From the NCBI GenBank assembly GCA_963817895.1, contig CAWFQB010000001.1, positions 320,001-384,000 of the forward strand: 64,000 bases of DNA, read 5' to 3'. Made by a program: the position numbers and the translations under genes. The stretch comes from an uncultured Chthonomonadaceae bacterium. GTDB taxonomy: Bacteria; Armatimonadota; Chthonomonadetes; Chthonomonadales; Chthonomonadaceae. This document shows, piece by piece, positions 42,611 to 52,739 of this stretch; the stretch's first letter is position 1, and each line of letters starts with the position of its first letter. The notes under the pieces were generated by a model. That model made no database searches. It saw nothing but the letters and a program-made list of their open reading frames with translations, and was not told the origin of the DNA.

Positions 42611-45595
42611 TCAGCAAACCTCCATCCAGCATATCAGGGTCGCTTTGGCCCCGGTCAGCGCCTGCATGTCGCGCAACGCGCGGTTTACTTTTTGCCGCTC
42701 CACGTCCTGCCGCGCCGTTTTCAAAGCCTCCGCGTTCGCCTGCGTGACGCGGGGCGTATTGCTTGCGCAACGGATGATTTCGGCAATGGCCTCCACGCCC
42801 TCGGCAATCGCGCCGCTTTCTATGTCGCGGAAATACCAGCGCAGGTCGCCGGGGGTATCCTCGGACAGGGCGGGGAAGCGATACGCGCAGAACAGGCCGC
42901 GCGGACTGTCGCCTTCCGCCTTTTTGCCGCTGAACAGGCGCAGGGGCAAGGTGGGCAGACTTGCGTACAGTTCCGGGTGTTCCTGCGCGATCTGCTGTAA
43001 TTCCAGTTCCAGCGTTTCCGTCACGTTTTCCTGCTGCTCGTACTGCGCGTTGAACAGCTTCATGGCGGCTTCCGGGTCGTCCGGGCGCAGAATAGGCGCT
43101 TCGATGCCCAATGTTCGATTGATGCGCAGAATTTTGCCCGACACGCGCTTGAGCAGGTGCAGCAAATCCTCCAACTCCTGCGGCGGCAGGAAATTCACGA
43201 TGTACGCTTTGTCGTGGTGGACCGGCTTGTTCGGGTCCTGCCGCCGATCCACGCGCCCCATACGCTGCATCAGGCGAACCGGGTTCCAATGCACGTCGTA
43301 GTTGAGTAGGGTATTGGCGTCCTGCAAGTTCAGGCCCTCGGAAAGCACATCCGTGCTGATGAGCAGGTCAATGGGGTCGGCGAGATAGCGGGGCAGTTCT
43401 TCGGGCGAACAGTTGTAGTAGGGGGCGAAACGCTTGATGACTTTTTCGCGGTCAATCTTGCGCGTGCTGTCCAATTCCTCAATATTGCGCTCCGGCAGCC
43501 GCTGTTTGAGTTCGCGGAACAGATAGCGGGCGGTATCGCGGAACTCGGTAAAAATAATCAATTTGCGGTCGGCATACTCCGGCGCACAGAGCAGGTTCAG
43601 CAACTGCATCAGCTTGTCATCTGTTGCCGGTTTCAAGCGGTCATGCACTTTGGTTAAAATCGTGACCAGCAGGGACATGTCATCCAGCGTGAGCGTGAGC
43701 AGGCGGGGCAGGTTGTACTTTTGCGCGTCGAGGGCAGGCTTCAATTCAGGAGTATCGTTCTCCTCCTCATCGTCGCTATCGTTTTCCTGCCCCTCCTGCG
43801 CCCGCTGCAACTGATTGATGATAAGCTCATTCCACAAATTGACGTGCTTGGTTTTCCACGTATCCCACATTTCGGGCGCGTTGACCTGCACGAAATCCGC
43901 CATTTTGTGCAGCAGGTCTTCCATGCTCGCCTCAAACGCCTTGTAACTGCTTTCCAATCGCTTGAGCAGCAGGGTGCGAATCAGGCCGAGAACGTTGTTC
44001 TGGTATTCCAGCGTGGATTTATCTTTGTCGGCCTCATTGCGCTTGAAGGCTTCCGTGTTGTATACGGCGAGGGACAGGAGGGGGCTGTCGCGGTCAAAGG
44101 CCAGCTTGATATCCTCGTACAATCCCGCATATACTTTGTTCAGCGAGTAACTGACCACAACAGGCAGTTGCCGTTCGGGGAAGCAGGGGCGGTGTTCGGC
44201 AAGGTTCTCGCTGTCCATCACATAGCGGCGGCTGCGCTGAATAAGAACGGCTTTGAGGAGGGTATCGGTACGCAGAAAGTCGGCGGACTGCGCCTGCGTC
44301 GCCACATCACTGCCCGCGTTTTCCGTCTCCTCCTGCAACCGCTTTTCAGCCTGCGTGAAATGCCCGCGCAGGTTCTGGATTCCCAGACGGGAAAAATGGC
44401 GCAAGTTGCCCTGCGCAAAGAAATTGATGAGGTTGTACAGGTCTACGAGACTGTTGTTAATGGGCGTGGCCGTCAGCAGATAGACCTGCTTGCCCTCGCA
44501 AATCTGCATCAGTTTTTTGGCGCGCGTTCGATGGTGATGCCGAAAATGGTGCGCCTCGTCCACAATCACCACATCGAACAGTTCGCAATAATCGCGCATA
44601 TCCTCGTCTGATACGGTTCCGTCGCGTCCAAAGTCGGTATGATTGCGGATTTCCACCTGATCGCGATAGGCGCGGCGGTAGCGCGGACGGATATACTGGT
44701 CGAGATTGCGCTCCCACACGCTTTTGCGCGCGGATTTCGGCACGATCAGCAGCACCTTTTTGCGCTGATAGAGGGCATGTTCCAGCAGCATCAGGCCGAT
44801 AAACGTTTTGCCCAACCCCACACCGTCACATATCAACGCGCCGTTCCAATCATCGGCGATTTGCAGGGCGCGATGATAGCCGTCCTGCTGGTATTTGGAC
44901 AGCAGGGGGTACATTACCGAGTTGCAGCGCTCCCAATCCGTCTGCGTTTTTTCGCGGCCCACAAAATATTCGTACAACGCTCTGGCATAGACATCGAACG
45001 GCGCATACTCGCGTAAATGCCGCTCCACAACCGTCAGCAGTTCGGGCGCAATGTCTTCGGCTTCTTTCCAAACCTGTTCGTACCATTGCCTTAGCGCGTT
45101 GATCTGATGCTGTTCGGTTGTCAGCACGTTTAATTCAATGTTTTGAGTCAGGCCGGGATAGGTGAAGTTGCTGGAACCAACAATGGCGTAATCCACCAGA
45201 CTGTTGCCGCCGCCCTCCATCAGATAACCCTTGGCATGGAACTTGGCTTTGGTGTAAACGCGCGCCTGAATGTGACTGTTCTGCAAAGACTGCCGCACCG
45301 CCGCGAGTCCGGTCAGCGCGTCATCCTTTTCTTTTGCGGCCTCAATGCTGTCCTCGCTTTGAACGCGCAGGCTTTGCGCCAATTCCGCTCGTGTGCGCCG
45401 CGTAACCTCATCCCCCAACACTACGCGCAGACTTTCCAGCCCTTGCCAGGAACCGTCTAGAGCCAGCAACGCGCCGATCTCAAAGTAGCCGGTAGCGACA
45501 TCCCACTGACGACAGTGCGGCAGCAGGCGCTGGAACGCTTCCAGAACGGAATTGCCATTACGATTATCTAAAAGCGTGGGAAGTTTGGCGGACAT
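42611..45595 (-). CDS. PLD-nuclease domain plus SNF2-like helicase
   Basis: FHAKGY...GSSNFT (PLD), DGVGLGKT, DEAHHFR, TATPINN, SEGLNLQ, QRMGRVDR. Confidence 0.9.
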   Translation of the reverse strand: MSAKLPTLLDNRNGNSVLEAFQRLLPHCRQWDVATGYFEIGALLALDGSWQGLESLRVVLGDEVTRRTRAELAQSLRVQSEDSIEAAKEKDDALTGLAAVRQSLQNSHIQARVYTKAKFHAKGYLMEGGGNSLVDYAIVGSSNFTYPGLTQNIELNVLTTEQHQINALRQWYEQVWKEAEDIAPELLTVVERHLREYAPFDVYARALYEYFVGREKTQTDWERCNSVMYPLLSKYQQDGYHRALQIADDWNGALICDGVGLGKTFIGLMLLEHALYQRKKVLLIVPKSARKSVWERNLDQYIRPRYRRAYRDQVEIRNHTDFGRDGTVSDEDMRDYCELFDVVIVDEAHHFRHHHRTRAKKLMQICEGKQVYLLTATPINNSLVDLYNLINFFAQGNLRHFSRLGIQNLRGHFTQAEKRLQEETENAGSDVATQAQSADFLRTDTLLKAVLIQRSRRYVMDSENLAEHRPCFPERQLPVVVSYSLNKVYAGLYEDIKLAFDRDSPLLSLAVYNTEAFKRNEADKDKSTLEYQNNVLGLIRTLLLKRLESSYKAFEASMEDLLHKMADFVQVNAPEMWDTWKTKHVNLWNELIINQLQRAQEGQENDSDDEEENDTPELKPALDAQKYNLPRLLTLTLDDMSLLVTILTKVHDRLKPATDDKLMQLLNLLCAPEYADRKLIIFTEFRDTARYLFRELKQRLPERNIEELDSTRKIDREKVIKRFAPYYNCSPEELPRYLADPIDLLISTDVLSEGLNLQDANTLLNYDVHWNPVRLMQRMGRVDRRQDPNKPVHHDKAYIVNFLPPQELEDLLHLLKRVSGKILRINRTLGIEAPILRPDDPEAAMKLFNAQYEQQENVTETLELELQQIAQEHPELYASLPTLPLRLFSGKKAEGDSPRGLFCAYRFPALSEDTPGDLRWYFRDIESGAIAEGVEAIAEIIRCASNTPRVTQANAEALKTARQDVERQKVNRALRDMQALTGAKATLICWMEVC

Positions 45596-45753
45596 AGGCG
45601 GGAACTCGCAAACAGTCAGAGCGAAGCGCGTTGTTCAGGCGGAATTAACGCTGCCTGTGCGGAAAAGCGATACTGCGCAATGCGAGGTGTCAAACAAAAT
45701 CAGAGACTTAAAAAGCGGCTGCTTTCCAGTCTCTGTACTCAATCAATAGCCGA

Positions 45754-45826
45754 TACGCCTGGTTGGATTCGAACCAACGGCTTCTTGCTCCGGAGGCAAG
45801 CACTCTATCCACTGAGCTACAGGCGC
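45754..45826 (-). tRNA. tRNA-Arg(CCG)
   Basis: Cloverleaf GCGCCTG...; anticodon arm CTTGC-CTCCGGA-GCAAG; GGTTCGAATCC T-loop. Confidence 0.95.
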
Positions 45827-45838
45827 GTAGACAGGCAT

Positions 45839-45925
45839 ACTATACCGCAGGCACGGAGAAAAGTCAAGCAAGGGAAAGAATTGTCGCAATCTCGCCTTGA
45901 CAAACGGTTTGGTTGCGTGTATATT
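45839..45925. promoter_or_regulatory. Divergent sigma70 promoters for the two tRNAs
   Basis: TTGACT-17-TATAGT on - (45867-45839); TTGACA-17-TATATT on + (45897-45925). Confidence 0.65.
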
Positions 45926-45973
45926 GTTATGTGCCGAATGTCCTGCGGCGTTTTGGGCCGGTTCGGAGATTTT

Positions 45974-46045
45974 GCCTGAGTGGCGCAATGGTAGCGCAAC
46001 GGTTTTGTAAACCGTCGGTTGCGGGTTCGATTCCTGTCTCAGGCC
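45974..46045 (+). tRNA. tRNA-Thr(TGT)
   Basis: Acceptor GCCTGAG/CTCAGGC; anticodon arm ACGGT-TTTGTAA-ACCGT; GGTTCGATTCC T-loop. Confidence 0.95.
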
Positions 46046-46193
46046 TGAAAGCGGCGCGAATATCTGCAAAGATATTCGCGTCGCTTGATTTAGAGCCTAT
46101 CCCTGTAGGCCGGGTACAGAGAACGTACCCGTCTGCGTAGCCTGCGCGTTAACGTCCTTCGGACGTAAATGCTTTTCCTGTTGGGATAGGCTC

Positions 46194-49145
46194 TTATGCG
46201 TCCTCTTTTTTGTTTTCTTCCTGTTTATCTTCCTCATCTTCCGCTGACCAGTGGACATACGCGGGCGCAAAGCCCGGTACGCGCAACAGCCCCGAACTTT
46301 GTGTTTTAGGAATACGGTACACAAGGGCGCAACCGAACGCCAACTGCCCGGTTTCCGCGTCCGGGTGTTGCGTGACGCGCAGATGTTCGCCCTCAATCAA
46401 CACTTTGCCGCCGAGTACGTCCAGGGCAACGCCGATGGGATTGAGACTTGAGAGGGATGGCGAGTTGGACACAACATGTTGTGTCCCTACACTTTCTCCT
46501 TCTTCCAGCCGAATCGTCATCAGCGGCAACAACAACGGCGGGACGTGTTCGCGGGTGTCTTTGTTGCTGATGGTGAAGACGATTTCCAGCAGGCGCGTGG
46601 GGTTAGGCGCGTCGGGTTCTGGTTTTGGCTGGCCGACGAATGTGGCGAGGTCACACCGGCTTACGCGCAGTTCCAACAGGCCGTTTTCACCGGGGATTTT
46701 CTCGCCGATTCGGTATGTGGCCGGGTTCTGCCCTCCATTGCGAACGTGCTTGTCCATCCAGGCGAGGCTGCGGCGCATCTCATCCATCTTGTGGTTGGGT
46801 TCGCGCAGTCCGTGTCCCTCGCGTGGATAATGGACGAATTGCGCGGTCACGCCCCGATGCCGCAAGGCTTGATACAGCTCCTTCGAGTTGCTGATGAACG
46901 TGTTGCTGTCCTCGTCGCCATGAATAATCAGGGTCGGGGTTTGAATGGCATCCAAATACGTGCCAGGGGACATGCGGCGATAGATTTCCGGGTCTTCCCA
47001 GTAGTACGCGCCCGCGTATTCGTTTTCCCACCGCGACAATTCCGAGTTGCTGTAATCGGTTTGCAGATGAAAGATGCCGAACATGGAAACAGCGGCCTTG
47101 AAGCGATCCGTGTGTCCAATCGCCCAGTTGGTCATGTAGCCGCCATACGAGCCGCCCATCACGCCCAGTTTTTCCGGGTCGGCAATCCCCTGCGCGATGC
47201 ACCAGTCCACGCCCGCCATGATGTCGGCAAAATCACCGCCGCCCAGGTCGCGCCTGTTGGCGACGGCAAAGTCGTTGCCGTACCCCTCGCTGCCCCGGAA
47301 GTTGGGGCGCAGCACGGCATACCCCTCCGCCGCCCAGACGGGGGCCATACTGTAGTTTTGCAGCGTGTTGGTCGCCCGTCCCTTCGGCCCGCCATGAATT
47401 TGAACAATCAAGGGGTAAGGAGTTGATGGTTGAGAGTTGAGAGTTGACAGGGATTCTTCTCCTTCTCGTATCTCGTATCTCGTATCTCGTATCTTCTCCT
47501 CTTCTCCTTTTCTCCTTTTCTCCTTTTCTTCCCCTGTTTCCGGCAGCGTCAACACGCCCTCAATGACAAGGCCGTCGGGACTGGTCCACGACACCACTTG
47601 CTGACGCGGCAGCAGGTAGTTTTGGGCAACGTCGGCGTTGAGGCGGGTCAGTTGATGCGTTTGTCCGTTTTCGTCGCGCAGAAAGATTTCCGGCAGGGCG
47701 TCCGCGCTCTCCTGCACAAAGGCGAGGCTACGCCCGCCCGGATCGCAGGCGAGGTCGTCCAGAGTGGGTGTTAGGTATTCGGTATTCGGTATTCGGTGTT
47801 CGGTCTGTGAGAGATTAAGAGTAGTGGCGAGATTGGGTTGGTTGGGTTCGCCGGGGGTGATCTGGATAATTTCCGAGCCGGTGCGGACAGCGGCAAGAAC
47901 GTAACCCAACACAGCCGGAGGCGCGTCAGGAGAAGGTTCGGTTACTTCGGCTCCTCCGGTTACTTCCTCTTCTTCGGTTTCCGTTTCGATGGGACGCGCC
48001 CATTCAAACGCGCTCAGGTCGGTATCCAGATCGGTCAGCAGGCGGCACTCCGTCAGGCCGGGCGCGTTCTGCCCGTATTCCGTTGGGGCGTGTTCGGGCA
48101 GTTCTGTGGGCGCGTCTGCCACAAACACGCACTCGCGGGAATAGGACAATTGCGGATCGAGCCACGACAGAAACGCCAGTTGTGTTCCATCCGGCGACCA
48201 GCGCAAGTGGTACTTGCCTCCCCCTCGCGCGATCAGTTTCACGGTTTTGCCCGCGTTCAAATAGCGGATGTACAAATCGGCAAGGTGGTAATCGTTGCCC
48301 TCGCCGCTGTAATTGGTGATGAAGGCCAGCCGGTCGCCATCGGGCGAAAGGGCAAATTCCGAAACGCCGTAATCGCCCATAAATAGCAATTTGGGTTTTT
48401 CTGCTTCTACATCCACGCGCCACACCTGCCGCCGCAATCGGTCATCCTGCTCGACAATCGGGTCTACCTTGCGGCGATGCCGCTCCTCTTTGCGCAGGGA
48501 TTCCAGCGGGCGAGGGCGCGGTTCGGAAGCGAGATAAACGATGCTGTTGGTGTCCGCCGCCCACTCATAGTCCAGTACGCCCTCGCGGGCCGACGTGACT
48601 TTACGCGCTTCGCCCCCGTCAATGGGCAAAATCCAGACCTGCTCCGTCGCGTCGTCCTCATCATCAGAAATGGCTTCGGTTTCATCCAGACGGGAAGACA
48701 GGAAAGCAAGATAGCGTCCATCCGGCGACCAGCGCGGCTGTATCTCCCCATCCCGCGAAAACGTCAACTGCCGCGTGAGATCATCGGCATTGTCGGTTGA
48801 CGATTGACGATTGACGATTGACGATTCCGCCTCCTCTTCTGTCTCCTTTTCTCCTTTTCCCCTTTTCTCCTTTTCTAATTCCTCTTCCTCTTCCTCCGCC
48901 GGCGCAAACTCCGTGAGCCAGAGGTGGCTGATCCAGTGGCTTTCATCGAAATCGGCTTCGGACGCGACAAAGGCGACGCGCTGGCCGTCAGGATGGATTT
49001 GCGGGTCGCTCAGGCGTTTGGTTTCGAGCAGGGCGCGGGCGGTGATACGCTGCTTCACACGCTGCGCGGGCGTGTCAACGGTCCTGGGTGTCGGGCAATT
49101 ATTCGTAATGTTGTCAATGCCGGTGGCAGGTAAATTGTCAGTCAT
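46194..49145 (-). CDS. S9 family peptidase (acylaminoacyl/dipeptidyl peptidase with PD40 propeller)
   Basis: WSPDG repeats, IHGGP, GGSYGG, HGDED, EGHG. Confidence 0.92.
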   Translation of the reverse strand: MTDNLPATGIDNITNNCPTPRTVDTPAQRVKQRITARALLETKRLSDPQIHPDGQRVAFVASEADFDESHWISHLWLTEFAPAEEEEEELEKEKRGKGEKETEEEAESSIVNRQSSTDNADDLTRQLTFSRDGEIQPRWSPDGRYLAFLSSRLDETEAISDDEDDATEQVWILPIDGGEARKVTSAREGVLDYEWAADTNSIVYLASEPRPRPLESLRKEERHRRKVDPIVEQDDRLRRQVWRVDVEAEKPKLLFMGDYGVSEFALSPDGDRLAFITNYSGEGNDYHLADLYIRYLNAGKTVKLIARGGGKYHLRWSPDGTQLAFLSWLDPQLSYSRECVFVADAPTELPEHAPTEYGQNAPGLTECRLLTDLDTDLSAFEWARPIETETEEEEVTGGAEVTEPSPDAPPAVLGYVLAAVRTGSEIIQITPGEPNQPNLATTLNLSQTEHRIPNTEYLTPTLDDLACDPGGRSLAFVQESADALPEIFLRDENGQTHQLTRLNADVAQNYLLPRQQVVSWTSPDGLVIEGVLTLPETGEEKEKRRKGEEEKIRDTRYEIREGEESLSTLNSQPSTPYPLIVQIHGGPKGRATNTLQNYSMAPVWAAEGYAVLRPNFRGSEGYGNDFAVANRRDLGGGDFADIMAGVDWCIAQGIADPEKLGVMGGSYGGYMTNWAIGHTDRFKAAVSMFGIFHLQTDYSNSELSRWENEYAGAYYWEDPEIYRRMSPGTYLDAIQTPTLIIHGDEDSNTFISNSKELYQALRHRGVTAQFVHYPREGHGLREPNHKMDEMRRSLAWMDKHVRNGGQNPATYRIGEKIPGENGLLELRVSRCDLATFVGQPKPEPDAPNPTRLLEIVFTISNKDTREHVPPLLLPLMTIRLEEGESVGTQHVVSNSPSLSSLNPIGVALDVLGGKVLIEGEHLRVTQHPDAETGQLAFGCALVYRIPKTQSSGLLRVPGFAPAYVHWSAEDEEDKQEENKKEDA

Positions 49146-49161
49146 GCGGGTATTATAGACG

Positions 49162-49198
49162 AAAACAGCGCAGGGAGGCAATTGCCCTGCGCTGTTTT
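49162..49198 (-). terminator. Rho-independent terminator
   Basis: AAAACAGCGCAGGG...CCCTGCGCTGTTTT hairpin. Confidence 0.65.
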
Positions 49199-49244
49199 AA
49201 TTCGTTTTCTGTAGACTGCATTCTGGCTGGCGTTCAAATCACGC

Positions 49245-49979
49245 TTATGGCAGTGTGCCAGGCATCACTTCGTCAACGGCCAGAGGGGAGAGGCCGGTGT
49301 AGTACAGGGCAATGTCGGGCGAATTGAGTTTCGTATGGCGATGTATCAGAAAATACGCGCGTGGATCGTGGCCCAGCATCTGCGTGAACCGCAGTAACAC
49401 CGTAGTTCGCCCCTGCATCGTGATCGGTTCGGTGTAAATCGGCGCATTGATGTTGCCTGTCACGAAGGTGGGGGCGTACAAATGCGCAAACTCCGGCACA
49501 TTCGCTTGCAGCCACTCGACATACCTGTCTTTGGCCTGTAAACGAGGTATACCCGCAAAATCAGGGCCGGTAATATCGGTATTCCAGCGCGGTTCACGAG
49601 GCAGCAGAATGGGACGGTTGTTCACAATGCGGAACTCATACGCGGGCTGCTGCGCCAAAATTTGCGCAACCACATCGCGGGCGGTTCCTTTCTGCACCTG
49701 AATGGAAACGGGCGTTGTATCGGCAGTTTCGATCAGAGACAGAGGAACGTGGTAGCGCTGCGTCAACGTCGTCACCACCTCCTCAACCGGCGCATTTGAC
49801 GTTACAAGCGAGGCAATGGGAGTTTGCAGCAGGGATTTGTTTTTGCCCAGAGCAACAAGTTGCCGCTCCGCATTGTTCAGTTCGCCCGCCTTATACCCGT
49901 TTTGTATCCATAACGCGTTTACGTCGGCGCGGTACGCGCGCAACAGGCGCAGCAGCATACGCGCTTCTTCGGGCCACAA
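49245..49979 (-). CDS. Hypothetical protein (true start may be near 50050 with a frameshift)
   Basis: 244-aa ORF with protein-like composition. Confidence 0.55.
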   Translation of the reverse strand: MWPEEARMLLRLLRAYRADVNALWIQNGYKAGELNNAERQLVALGKNKSLLQTPIASLVTSNAPVEEVVTTLTQRYHVPLSLIETADTTPVSIQVQKGTARDVVAQILAQQPAYEFRIVNNRPILLPREPRWNTDITGPDFAGIPRLQAKDRYVEWLQANVPEFAHLYAPTFVTGNINAPIYTEPITMQGRTTVLLRFTQMLGHDPRAYFLIHRHTKLNSPDIALYYTGLSPLAVDEVMPGTLP

Positions 49980-50051
49980 GGTTGCGCCCGCAGGCTGAAC
50001 TCGATACCCCGCATGATGTTGAGGGCTACCAGGTAAAAATAGATAGGCATA

Positions 50052-50894
50052 TCAGTTTTTCCAGAATTGCCAGGGCTTGCGGGTCAATTTATTTTCACAG
50101 GATTTGCACAGGAAGACTACCTTGCCGTCTATCAGGTCAATTTTGCCCTCTTGATTGGTTTTGCCGCAGGACGCGCAGACCGTGCTGCTTTGCCCGCCGG
50201 TTTTGACCGTTTCGGAGGGTGCGATTGCGCCGCCGCCGCGCAGATGCGCGATATACCCGAGTTCGCCAAGCGCCACCTCGCTTGTCGGGTCCAGCTCCAG
50301 CGAGTTCAGAAAACAGGCTTCCGCCTCGTCAAGACGGTTTAGTTCAATTAGCTGAAATCCCTGCCCGCGCAGGGCAGCGGCGCGATCCAGCGGGGAAATG
50401 GCGTCGCCCATTGCCAGCGTTTCGCTGTACAGGGCCAGTGCGCCCTGAAAATCCCCAAGCGAACTCAGCGCTTTGCCCTTTTCCAGTCGGAAATGCGGCT
50501 GCTGCGGCTCCAGTTTCTGTCCGGCGTCCATCCATTGCAGGGCTTGCTCCGGGCGTCCGCGCTCCACTTCGAGAAAGCCCATGTAATAGTGGGCGCGCGG
50601 ATACGCATTCTCCCGCCAGATGACGTCCCGCTCCTGACCGCGCTCCTTTTGCCGCAGGACGTGGTAGATGAACTCCTCCTGATCCCAGAACTTCACGACC
50701 AGCGCGCCGTCCTGTTCAAAGGCGTTCACGTAATCGGGCGGCGTGTTGGCGACCACTTCCCGCAGCAAACGCTCTGCCGTTTGCAAATCGCCCTGCCGCA
50801 GTGTGGCAATGGCCTGATCTACTTTTCTGGCATCTGCCGCTTCCTGACTGTTTTCCTGATTGCTTTTCCCAAAGGATTCTGATTGTGATGACAT
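50052..50894 (-). CDS. TPR-repeat protein with C-terminal zinc finger
   Basis: TPR helices; CASC...CKSC; KPWQFWK tail. Confidence 0.8.
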   Translation of the reverse strand: MSSQSESFGKSNQENSQEAADARKVDQAIATLRQGDLQTAERLLREVVANTPPDYVNAFEQDGALVVKFWDQEEFIYHVLRQKERGQERDVIWRENAYPRAHYYMGFLEVERGRPEQALQWMDAGQKLEPQQPHFRLEKGKALSSLGDFQGALALYSETLAMGDAISPLDRAAALRGQGFQLIELNRLDEAEACFLNSLELDPTSEVALGELGYIAHLRGGGAIAPSETVKTGGQSSTVCASCGKTNQEGKIDLIDGKVVFLCKSCENKLTRKPWQFWKN

Positions 50895-51080
50895 ATTCGC
50901 CAGCCTCCATAATTCTGCTCTGTCTCGCCGCTATGGTATAGTTCGCTGTTGTTGTGTCGCTTCCTGCATTGAAAATAGAAATTTGTCGGCAATCGCGCGC
51001 GTTTTGAAGCAGGAAAAGCGACGAAGCGCGACCAAACTAGCGGCAATCAATCCACTCTCATTGGTGAAGGAAACTATATC

Positions 51081-52184
51081 ATGGAGCCTGTCAATATCGG
51101 CATTGTCGGATGCGGCAACATCAGCGGCATCTATCTCACAAATTTAGGAAAGTTTCGCAATACGCGGGTTGTGGCCTGCGCCGACCTGATTGTGGAACGT
51201 TCGCGCGCCAAAGCCGAAGAACACAACATTCCGAAAGTGTGTACCACTGCCGAACTGATGGCCGACCCGGACATTCAAATCGTCGTGAACCTGACCACGC
51301 CCGACGCGCACTATGACGTATGCCTGCAAGCGCTGAAGGCGGGCAAGCACGTTTATGTGGAAAAGCCGCTGTCCATCACCCGCGAACAGGGTACGGAACT
51401 GCTGGATATGACGCGCGCCACCCATCTGCGCGTGGGCGGCGCGCCCGACACGTTTTTGGGCGGTGGCCTGCAAACCTGCCGCAAGCTGATTGACGACGGC
51501 TGGATTGGCGAACCCATCGGCGCGGTCGCCTTCATGCTGTGTCACGGTCACGAGTCGTGGCATCCTGACCCGGAGTTCTATTATAAAGTGGGCGGCGGGC
51601 CGATGTTCGATATGGGGCCGTACTACCTGACCGCGCTGACCGCGCTGCTCGGCCCGATGAAGCGGCTGTCCGGTTCGGCGCGGGCAACGTTCCCCGAACG
51701 CACGATTACCAGCAAGCCCAAGTACGGCACGAAAGTCACGGTGGATACTCCTACCCATATCGCGGGCGTGATGGACTTTGCAAGCGGCGCGGTCGGCACA
51801 ATTTTAACCACGTTCGACGTGTGGGCCTCCAATCTGCCGCGTATCGAAATCTACGGCACGGAGGGATCGCTGGATGTGCCTGACCCCAACACATTCGGCG
51901 GGCCGGTGCGGGTTCGACGCATGGATGCGAAGGAGTGGAGCGAAGTGCCGCTCACGCATGGTTACGCCGAAAACAGCCGGGGACTTGGCGTGGCGGATAT
52001 GGCGGCTGCTATCCAATCGGGCAGGCCGCACCGCGCCAACGGCAATCTGGCGTATCACGTCCTTGAAGCCATGCACGGCTTCCACGACGCTTCCAACGAG
52101 GGCCGCTACTACGAGATGCAGAGTACGTGCGAACGTCCCGCCGCCCTTCCGCTCGGCCTGCCCAACAACGAGGTGGACGAGTAG
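51081..52184 (+). CDS. Gfo/Idh/MocA oxidoreductase
   Basis: [29 protein letters not shown]. Confidence 0.92.
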   Translation: MEPVNIGIVGCGNISGIYLTNLGKFRNTRVVACADLIVERSRAKAEEHNIPKVCTTAELMADPDIQIVVNLTTPDAHYDVCLQALKAGKHVYVEKPLSITREQGTELLDMTRATHLRVGGAPDTFLGGGLQTCRKLIDDGWIGEPIGAVAFMLCHGHESWHPDPEFYYKVGGGPMFDMGPYYLTALTALLGPMKRLSGSARATFPERTITSKPKYGTKVTVDTPTHIAGVMDFASGAVGTILTTFDVWASNLPRIEIYGTEGSLDVPDPNTFGGPVRVRRMDAKEWSEVPLTHGYAENSRGLGVADMAAAIQSGRPHRANGNLAYHVLEAMHGFHDASNEGRYYEMQSTCERPAALPLGLPNNEVDE

Positions 52185-52194
52185 CCTTAGAAGT

Positions 52195-52512
52195 ATGAAC
52201 ACTACGCGAACTCAATTCCTAACATTCTCTCAGGCGGTGCTGATGCGCCCCGGAATGTACACGCTTAATGGAACGCTGCCCGAAGTTATCGCCTTTCTGG
52301 AAGGCTACTACAGCGGAATGGCAAAAGGCAAATTGGATGCGCCACCGGTTCTTGAATGGGTAGCGTTTCGCCAGTGGGTAGCTGCTCAACTGGACGTGGA
52401 TGCTGCGGAGGCATTCGCCGCGTTCGCGCGACGGTATCAGGATAATCAGGCCGCGCTTACAACATTGCGTCAATGGCTTGCGCGATTTCTGGAATCGCAA
52501 GGTAATTCATAG
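52195..52512 (+). CDS. Hypothetical protein
   Basis: RPGMY...AFLEGY...FRQWV; lies in line with the operon. Confidence 0.55.
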   Translation: MNTTRTQFLTFSQAVLMRPGMYTLNGTLPEVIAFLEGYYSGMAKGKLDAPPVLEWVAFRQWVAAQLDVDAAEAFAAFARRYQDNQAALTTLRQWLARFLESQGNS

Positions 52513-52529
52513 CAGGAAGTGATGCCTTC

Positions 52530-52739
52530 ATGGAGAAATCTGAAACCCCGACACGTACACAGGTGCAAGCCTTGATGCGTTCAGCGCGTACCCCGGAGCA
52601 GATTGCTGCCGCCTGGGACGCCCGCGCTGATTGGCTGAATGACCATCCTGATGATGTAGGTATCGAAGATGAGGGCGAAGCGTTGTTTATGCGAGAAGAA
52701 GCTCTGAAACGTTTGGCAGGCGGGAGGAGTTATGCCTGA
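52530..52739 (+). CDS. Small hypothetical protein
   Basis: 69-aa ORF overlapping the next start. Confidence 0.5.
   Translation: MEKSETPTRTQVQALMRSARTPEQIAAAWDARADWLNDHPDDVGIEDEGEALFMREEALKRLAGGRSYA

Noticed and set aside
45600..45760. Integrase or att duplication at tRNA-Arg
   Set aside because: No integrase gene and no repeat of the tRNA 3' end was found at the other side of the RM locus.
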